Part shown: positions 18,125 to 24,512 of the stretch, piece after piece
Layout of the letters: each line of letters opens with the position of its first letter
Position numbering within the stretch: the stretch's first letter is position 1
Source: Verrucomicrobiota bacterium
GTDB lineage: Bacteria; Verrucomicrobiota; Verrucomicrobiia; Limisphaerales; CANJSG01
Direction of reading: 5' to 3'
DNA: 24,512 nt
NCBI GenBank assembly: GCA_038209745.1
Contig: JBBQXJ010000073.1
Location: 1-24,512, forward strand
Program-made: the position numbers and the translations under genes
The notes under the pieces: generated by a model
What the model was told of the DNA's origin: nothing
The model's database searches: none
What the model saw: the letters and a program-made list of their open reading frames with translations, nothing else

Positions 18125-19597
18125 TCAGGGAAGGGTCTGGTCGGAGCGGGGGCCGACGAAGGAGGTCTTTACGGTCTCCAGTTTTCGGCCGTTGGAATAC
18201 ACCCCGATCACGAGCGGCGTGGTTTGGCCGTGGAGCTTGTCGGGCGAGAGTTCGATGAGGATGGACGATTCCACCAGCTTCTCGGACGGGGCGACGAGCT
18301 GGTGTCCGGCCATGACGGTCAGCGTCCCTGCGACGTTCTCCAGCTTGAACTCGACCGGGAGATCGTGGCTGCGTTTGTTGACCACCTTGACGGTGTAGAG
18401 ATTGCTGAAATTGCCGGCGGCGGTCCTTTGGAACAACCCGCCGGAAGCCCTGAGGAAGAGGGTCTCGACCTCGGAGCGGGTGAAGACGAGATAGGCCAAA
18501 AGCGCGACGAGGCCGGTGATGATGGTGGAGTAGAGCTTCATGCGCGGGGTAAAGCGCAGGGGCAGGCCCTTCTCGATACCGTCGAGCGAGGCGTAGCGGA
18601 TGAGGCCCTTGGGCCGCCCGACCTTGGTCATCACGGCGTCGCAGGCGTCGATGCAGGCGGTGCAGTTCACGCACTCCATCTGGGTGCCGTCGCGGATGTC
18701 GATGCCGGTGGGGCAGACGGCGACGCACTGGTGGCAATCGACACAGTCGCCGAGTCCGGCTTGTAGCGGCGCAGGCGGGGGCGCCGCCTTCCGCAACGGA
18801 CCGCGTTTCTCGCCGCGCTTGTGGTCGTAGGCGACGACCATGGTGTTCTCGTCGATCAAGGCGGACATGAACCGGCCGTAGGGGCAGATGAAGGTGCAGG
18901 CCTGTTCGCGGAACCGGGCGAAGATCCCGTAGAAGATCAGCGTGAAGCCGATCATGAACGCCAGTCCGACAAAGTGTTTTCTCGGATCGTCCGTGCTGAT
19001 GGCGATCATCTGCTCGCTGCCGACGATGTAGCTGAGGAGCGTGTTGCCCACGACGAACGACAGGAAGAGGAAGATCGCATGCTTGAGCAGCCTCTTCGCC
19101 AGTCTGGCTCCTTTCCACGGAAGCTTGTCCGAAGCGCGCTGCGTGTGGGCGTCGCCTTCGATCAGGTACTCGATGGGGCGGAAGACCATTTCCATCATCA
19201 CGGTCTGGGGACAGGCCCAGCCGCACCAGAGCCGGCCGAAGACGGTGGTGAAGACCATGATGCCGGCGAAGAAGAGAAGCATCGCCACGGCGAAAATGAT
19301 CGAATCCTCGGGCCAGAAGATCTGGCCGAGGATGGAGAATTTGCGCGCCACGATGTTGATCATCAGGAGCGGGTTGCCGCCGATCCGGATGAAAGGACCG
19401 GCGAACATGGTGGCGATGAGCGCCCAGGCGAACCATTTCCGCCGGGTGGTCCAAGTGCCGGAGGGTTTCTTGGCGTAGACCCACTTGCGGCTGCCGTCCT
19501 TGTGGGCGGTCGCCAAGTGGTCGCGGTAGTCGCCCCAGTTGATCTCCTGCTCTGCGCCGGCGGAGGACTTCTTTTCGGGCGAACCGGGAGAATTCAT
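18125..19597 (-). CDS. ccoG: CcoG/FixG 4Fe-4S membrane protein
   Basis: CGWACPQT, CTFICPYGR, CVDCHQCVAVCPTGIDIR, CVNCTACIDACD. ATG 19597 preferred (the ORF track extends to 19618). Confidence 0.93.
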   Translation of the reverse strand: MNSPGSPEKKSSAGAEQEINWGDYRDHLATAHKDGSRKWVYAKKPSGTWTTRRKWFAWALIATMFAGPFIRIGGNPLLMINIVARKFSILGQIFWPEDSIIFAVAMLLFFAGIMVFTTVFGRLWCGWACPQTVMMEMVFRPIEYLIEGDAHTQRASDKLPWKGARLAKRLLKHAIFLFLSFVVGNTLLSYIVGSEQMIAISTDDPRKHFVGLAFMIGFTLIFYGIFARFREQACTFICPYGRFMSALIDENTMVVAYDHKRGEKRGPLRKAAPPPAPLQAGLGDCVDCHQCVAVCPTGIDIRDGTQMECVNCTACIDACDAVMTKVGRPKGLIRYASLDGIEKGLPLRFTPRMKLYSTIITGLVALLAYLVFTRSEVETLFLRASGGLFQRTAAGNFSNLYTVKVVNKRSHDLPVEFKLENVAGTLTVMAGHQLVAPSEKLVESSILIELSPDKLHGQTTPLVIGVYSNGRKLETVKTSFVGPRSDQTLP

Positions 19598-19621
19598 ACG
19601 ACTTGGGGCGCCGATCAACGG

Positions 19622-20233
19622 CTATTCGAACCCATTGGGGACTGCGACGGCCGGGGCCTGGTCTTCGCGGGGCTTGGGATTGGGAGGGTTGCTGCCGCGG
19701 AGCGTGTAGATGTAGCTGGCCACGGCGTAGATCTCCTGCGGCTTGAGGGTTTCCTTCCAGGCCAACATGCCTTTGTCGAGGACGCCGTTCATGATGACGT
19801 TCAGGTTGTCGGAGAACTTCTGGCCGTGCATCCAGTAGTCGTCGCAGAGGTTCGGGCCGACAAGTCCACCGCCGTCGGGCCGGTGACACGGCGCGCAGAG
19901 GGTGGCGAAGGTCGCCTTGCCCCGGGTCAGGACCGTTGCGTCCGCGGACGGCTCCATGGAGTCGAGGCCGGCGACAAACTTGGCTTGGGCGGCCTTTTTG
20001 ATCGCGTTGCCCGTCTGCATCTCGGCCTTGTATTCGGAGAGCTGGATCCCGCCGTCTTGGTTGAACTGGTCCGCTTTCAGGATGTGGTAGTAGCCCATGT
20101 AGGCGAAGGCGTAGGCAATGGTCAGATAGAAGAGCCAGACCCACCAGCGGGGCAGGTTGTTGTCGAGCTCCTTGATGCCGTCGGCCTCGTGGTCGAGCAG
20201 CAGCGGATCCTGGGGTTCGTCTGGATTACTCAT
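19622..20233 (-). CDS. ccoP: cbb3-type cytochrome c oxidase subunit III (mono-heme CcoP)
   Basis: FixP_N motif DHEADGIKELDNNLPRWW, single CAPCH, VGPNL, KGMLAW. Confidence 0.92.
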   Translation of the reverse strand: MSNPDEPQDPLLLDHEADGIKELDNNLPRWWVWLFYLTIAYAFAYMGYYHILKADQFNQDGGIQLSEYKAEMQTGNAIKKAAQAKFVAGLDSMEPSADATVLTRGKATFATLCAPCHRPDGGGLVGPNLCDDYWMHGQKFSDNLNVIMNGVLDKGMLAWKETLKPQEIYAVASYIYTLRGSNPPNPKPREDQAPAVAVPNGFE

Positions 20234-20417
20234 GGTGGGACTCCTCTTTCTTCACTTCGCCGCCATCGAGCGGGAGGGCGGCCATGTGTTGGACGAGCGA
20301 CTTCTTCTGGAGGAGCGCCCAGAGGAGCGCGATGAGGAAGGTGACAAAGAAAAGACAGATCGAAACGATGCCGTAGTTTTCGATGCCGCCGAGGGAAGTC
20401 AGGACGTTTTTGATCAT
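20226..20417 (-). CDS. ccoQ: cbb3-type oxidase small subunit CcoQ
   Basis: 63 aa, one TM followed by MAALPL; between ccoNO and ccoP; GAGG RBS upstream of ATG 20417. Confidence 0.8.
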   Translation of the reverse strand: MIKNVLTSLGGIENYGIVSICLFFVTFLIALLWALLQKKSLVQHMAALPLDGGEVKKEESHHE

Positions 20418-20425
20418 GGTGGACC

Positions 20426-22585
20426 TCACTTTTGTGCGGTGGACGCCTCCGAGCCCTTGATGTCGGTGCCGAGCCGCTGGAGGTAGGCGATCAGCGCGAT
20501 GATCTCCTTGTTCGGATTACCCGTGATGGAGCCCTGCTTCAGATTCTCGACGACCTTGGCGGCCTGGGTGTCCAGGTCCTTCAACGCTTGGCCGTATTCG
20601 TAGCCCGCCGGGTAGGGGACGCCGACCTTGCGGAGCGCTCTGAGGCGGGGCGCGAGGGCGTTGGTCTCGATGTTCTGGGTCAGGAGCCACGAGTAGCGCG
20701 GCATGATCGATCCGGGCGACATGCTGCGTGGATCGTCCATGTGGTTGTAGTGCCACGGGTCGGAATACTTGCCGCCGATACGATGGAGATCCGGACCGGT
20801 TCGTTTGGAACCCCAGAGGAACGGGTGGTCATAGACGAATTCGCCCGCTTTGGAGTATTCGCCGTAGCGCTCGGTCTCGGAGCGGAACGGGCGGATCATC
20901 TGGGAGTGGCAGCCGACGCAGCCTTCGCGGATGTAGATGTCGCGGCCGAGGACTTCGAGCGCGGTGTAGGGTTTGACCGAGGAGATGGTCGGGACGTTCT
21001 CCTTGATGAGATACATCGGGATGATCTCGACCGCGCCGCCGATGGCGACGGCGACCAGCGAGAGGACGGTGAGGAGCATCGGCTTGGATTCCAGGACGCG
21101 ATGCCAGTAGGCCGTCTTGCCGTGGGCTTCGACTCCTTGGAGGGCGTGTTCCCGCTGGGCGGCGAGCGAGGGGGCCTGGGCTTCGACTTCGGGAACGAAC
21201 TGGCCGTTCCTGGCCGTGCGCCAAAGGTTGTAGGCCATGATGAAGGCTCCCGCGATGTAGAGCGTGCCTCCGACGGCGCGCAGCTTGTACATCGGGATGA
21301 GCTGGAGGACGGTCTCCAGGAAGTTCGGGTATTTCATGAACCCGTCCTGGGTGAATTCCTTCCACATCAATCCTTGGGTGATGCCGGTCCAGTAGATGGG
21401 GATCACGTAGAACATCATGCCCAGCAGGCCGAGCCAGAAATGCCAGTTCACCAGCTTGAGCGAATGGAGCTTCGTGTTGTAGAGCCGCGGGAAGAGCCAG
21501 TAGAGCATGGAGAAGGTGAGGAACCCGTTCCAGCCGAGGGTGCCCGTATGGACGTGGGCGATGGTCCAGTCCGTGTAGTGGGAGAGGGAGTTGACGCTCT
21601 TGATCGCGAGCATCGGGCCTTCGAGCGTGGCCATGCCGTAGGCGGTGAGGGCCACGACCATGAACTTCAACATCGGCTCCTCGCGGAGCTTGTGCCATGC
21701 GCCGCGCAGCGTGAGGAGGCCGTTCAACATGCCGCCCCAGCTCGGGGCCACGAGCATGACGGAGAAGACCATGCCGAGCGACTGCGCCCAATCGGGCAGC
21801 GCCGTGTAGAGGAGGTGATGGGGGCCGGCCCAGATGTAGATGAAGATCAGGCCCCAGAAATGGATGATCGAAAGCCGGTAGCTGAAGACGGGCCGGTTCG
21901 CCGCCTTGGGCAGGAAGTAATACATCAGGCCCAGGTAGGGCGTGGTCAGGAAGAAGGCGACGGCGTTGTGCCCATACCACCACTGGACCAGCGCATCCTG
22001 CACGCCGGCATAGACGGAGTAGCTCTTGAACCCGTCCGCGGGAACGGCGAGCGAATTGACGATGTGCAGCATCGCGACGGTCAGGGCGGTGGCGATGTAG
22101 AACCAGATGGCGACGTAGATGTGCTTCTCGCGGCGCTTCACGATGGTGGCGAGCAGATTGACCGTGAAGACGACCCAGACCAGCGCGATGGCGATGTCGA
22201 TGGGCCATTCGAGCTCGGCGTATTCCTTGGAGGAGGTGAGCCCGAGCGGCAGGGAGACGGCGGCGGAAACGATGATGAGCTGCCAGCCCCAGAAGTTGAT
22301 CCAGCTCAGGGTGTCGTTGAACATCCGCGCCTTGCAGAGCCTTTGGAGCGAATAGTAGATGCCCATGAACATGCCGTTGCCGACGAAGGCGAAGATGACG
22401 GTGTTCGTGTGGAGGGGGCGGAGCCGGCCGAACGTGGTGTATTGCAGGTTCAGGTTGAGATCCGGCCAAAACAACTGGCAGGCGATCAACAGCCCCGCGC
22501 AGAAACCAACGATGCCCCATATAATGGTGGCGATCGCGAACGCGCGGACGATCCGGTTGTCGTATTTGAAGGTTTCAACGTTCAT
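20426..22585 (-). CDS. ccoN: Fused cbb3 oxidase subunits I+II (CcoN-CcoO)
   Basis: Cco[27 protein letters not shown]. CcoO in the same frame: [34 protein letters not shown]. Confidence 0.96.
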   Translation of the reverse strand: MNVETFKYDNRIVRAFAIATIIWGIVGFCAGLLIACQLFWPDLNLNLQYTTFGRLRPLHTNTVIFAFVGNGMFMGIYYSLQRLCKARMFNDTLSWINFWGWQLIIVSAAVSLPLGLTSSKEYAELEWPIDIAIALVWVVFTVNLLATIVKRREKHIYVAIWFYIATALTVAMLHIVNSLAVPADGFKSYSVYAGVQDALVQWWYGHNAVAFFLTTPYLGLMYYFLPKAANRPVFSYRLSIIHFWGLIFIYIWAGPHHLLYTALPDWAQSLGMVFSVMLVAPSWGGMLNGLLTLRGAWHKLREEPMLKFMVVALTAYGMATLEGPMLAIKSVNSLSHYTDWTIAHVHTGTLGWNGFLTFSMLYWLFPRLYNTKLHSLKLVNWHFWLGLLGMMFYVIPIYWTGITQGLMWKEFTQDGFMKYPNFLETVLQLIPMYKLRAVGGTLYIAGAFIMAYNLWRTARNGQFVPEVEAQAPSLAAQREHALQGVEAHGKTAYWHRVLESKPMLLTVLSLVAVAIGGAVEIIPMYLIKENVPTISSVKPYTALEVLGRDIYIREGCVGCHSQMIRPFRSETERYGEYSKAGEFVYDHPFLWGSKRTGPDLHRIGGKYSDPWHYNHMDDPRSMSPGSIMPRYSWLLTQNIETNALAPRLRALRKVGVPYPAGYEYGQALKDLDTQAAKVVENLKQGSITGNPNKEIIALIAYLQRLGTDIKGSEASTAQK

Positions 22586-22610
22586 GCGCCGGTTCCTGGA
22601 TTCATGGGGA

Positions 22611-22790
22611 TCATTCGGGTTTTGATAGCGGGTCGATCGGTTTCGTCGTCGGTGCGTCGTCGGTCAGCATCCGCATCGAAGGGGTGGTGGTGTCGTCGTA
22701 TTGCCCGGACCGCACGGCCCAGATGAACCCCGCCAAAAAGCCTGCCGCGACCAGGACGCTTACGGGGATGAGGATAAGGATGACGCTCAT
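22611..22790 (-). CDS. ccoS: cbb3 oxidase assembly protein CcoS
   Basis: [11 protein letters not shown]...[19 protein letters not shown]; the ATG overlaps the ccoI stop (ATGA). Confidence 0.92.
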   Translation of the reverse strand: MSVILILIPVSVLVAAGFLAGFIWAVRSGQYDDTTTPSMRMLTDDAPTTKPIDPLSKPE

Positions 22791-24371
22791 GACGACTGCA
22801 CCTCCATTGCCCGACCCTGAACCGCTTTTGCGGATGAGAAGGGCTGATGATCGGTGTCCTTGCCCGTGTCTTCCTCGGTTGGGTTGTCTTTTTCCGGGGA
22901 AACGGAGGAAAGCGAGGAGTCCGGTCCGATCCCGCTCCGCCTTCCCAGCCAAGCCGTCAGGCCGCTGGCGAAGGCCACCACGGTGATGGAGCTCAGGGGC
23001 ATCAGGACCGCACAGACGACCGGCGAAAGCCTTCCGGAGGCGGCGAAAGCAACGCCGACGACATTGTAGAGAAGGGAGAGGACGAGACTGGCCCGGACGA
23101 CCTTCACCGAATTCCGGGCGTAGCGCAGGAGATGGTGGGTCCGCGGCACGAGCGTCGCGGCCATGATGATGTCGCTGGCCGGCGAGAAGGCTCCAACGTT
23201 CTCGACGACGGCCACGCCGACATCGCTCTGCTTGAGGGCGCCCGCGTCGTTCAGCCCGTCGCCGACCATCATGACGGTGCGATGGCGCTGCTCCTGGAGA
23301 TCGCGGATGAACCCGAGTTTGTTCAGCGGGCTTTGATTGAAGAACAGTTTGGCGCGATCCCCGAACAAGGTTTGGAACGAACCGCGTTCGCGTTCGTTGT
23401 CGCCGCTGAGCAGGGCGATCTCGCAGCGGCGGCCAAGGTCTGCGAGGAGGAGTTGGATCTCCGGTCGCAGATTGCTGGAAATGACGAAATGGCCCCGATA
23501 ACGGCCGTCAATGGCGACATGGACGGCGCTGCCTCGGGGGACACGGGCGGGTCGCGAGGAGATTCCCAGTGGACTGCGGACCCATTCTTCTGCACCCAAC
23601 ACGATCGAGTGGTCGTCGACCGTTCCTTGGATGCCGTTGCCCGGTGTCGCAGCGAAGGACGCAGCGGCCGGTCGGTCCGTCTTTTCGAGTTGGCGGCTCC
23701 GGTTTCCGAGCCAGGCCGTTAGTTTGGCGGAGAGCGGATGGGTGGAGTGCGAGGCCAGTTCGGATACCCAAGACTCTTCGTCGGCGTTGAGGGCATCGGA
23801 ACCGGTGAAGCGGACTTCGCCGAGTTTGGCGGAGGTGAGCGTGCCGGTCTTGTCGAAGACGACGGTGTCCACGCGGGCGAGCGTTTCCAGGACGTGGGGA
23901 TTCCGCAGGAAGATGCCGCGCCGGGCCAGCACGCGCTGGGCGCTGCCGAGGGCGAACGGCGCCGCCAGGGCCAGAGCGCAGGGACAGGCGACGATGAGCA
24001 CCGCGGTGAACGCCCGGACGGCCCGCGACGGGTCTGCTCCGCCCCAGTGGATCGCGCTGCCCAACGCGAGCAGCAGGACGGCGAGGGTGAAGGCGGGAGC
24101 GAGGCGGTTGGCCAAGGTGGAGAAGGAGCGTTCACGGCCCTTGCTGAAGACATCCTGGTTCCAGAGGGACGTGAGGTAGCCCTGTGACACCGGCTTGAGC
24201 ATTTCCACTTCGATCGTCCCGGCCGCTTGGCGTCCGCCCGCGTAGAGCAGGGCGTTCGGTCCCTTTTCCACGGGAACGTCTTCGCCCGTCACGAAGCTGT
24301 AGTCGATGACGCCAGAGCCGGAGACGAGCCGGGAGTCTGCGGGGCCCTGGTCCGCGTGGCGGACGAGCAAC
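22787..24371 (-). CDS. ccoI: CcoI P1B-type copper ATPase, C-terminal ~525 aa (5' part disrupted or inverted)
   Basis: VTGE, IVACPCAL, DKTGTLT, HP, GDGLNDA, LLYN and MPLSS motifs. Homology on the minus strand stops at about LLVRH (24371). Confidence 0.9.
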
Positions 24372-24373
24372 GG

Positions 24374-24512
24374 ATCGCGGCCCTCTTCTCGCAAAGTGTC
24401 TGGGACCTCGTTTCAGGCCGCGGCGACGGTTACTTCGATTCGCTCGCGGGCCTGATTTTCTACCTGCTCCTCGGAAAACTGTTTCAGCAGAAGACCTACG
24501 ACCGGCTCGCCT
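24374..24512 (+). pseudogene. ccoI: Inverted fragment of ccoI (upstream transmembrane segment) on the opposite strand
   Basis: + frame from 24374 reads IAALFSQSVWDLVSGRGDGYFDSLAGLIFYLLLGKLFQQKTYDRLA, the YFDS...LLGK.FQ segment that normally precedes the actuator domain in CcoI. Confidence 0.85.

Noticed and set aside
22615..22640. TTGAT half-site upstream of ccoN as a possible FNR box
   Set aside because: The second half-site (ATCAA) is absent and the site lies inside ccoS.
18821..22726. Long + strand ORFs (504 aa, 764 aa) opposite ccoG/ccoP/ccoNO
   Set aside because: Antisense shadows produced by GC codon bias, with no family motifs.
24372..24394. ORF-track start MREEGRD for CcoI
   Set aside because: It lies in the inverted segment. 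The true N-terminal metal-binding and TM regions are missing on this strand.
1..24512. tRNA, rRNA, CRISPR array, defence or phage genes
   Set aside because: None recognised by eye; nearly all of the sequence is accounted for by the listed CDSs.

Overview
High-GC bacterial DNA. The fused ccoNO, mono-heme ccoP and gene style suggest Verrucomicrobia/PVC (inference). In order: (1) the left end of an ISL3-family IS with the first 27 codons of its transposase, cut by the window start; (2) a NarL/LuxR-type two-component pair transcribed divergently from a CzcCBA-type heavy-metal RND efflux operon; (3) a secreted Cys-type sulfatase; (4) a stand-alone CBM48/AMPK-beta glycogen-binding protein next to a hypothetical protein resembling a divergent GT-A glycosyltransferase; (5) a tightly coupled five-gene operon (Rid-family deaminase, fold-type-III PLP enzyme, GntP/DsdX permease, M19 amidohydrolase, cytochrome c-fused sugar-dehydrogenase beta-propeller), the best candidate for an undescribed catabolic pathway; (6) a cbb3 oxidase cluster ccoI-ccoS-ccoNO-ccoQ-ccoP-ccoG-ccoH-DsbD_2. 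At the right edge ccoI switches strand: the last ~140 bp encode an upstream CcoI transmembrane segment on the + strand, which indicates an intragenic inversion or a chimeric assembly. All family assignments come from motif recognition by eye, not database searches.
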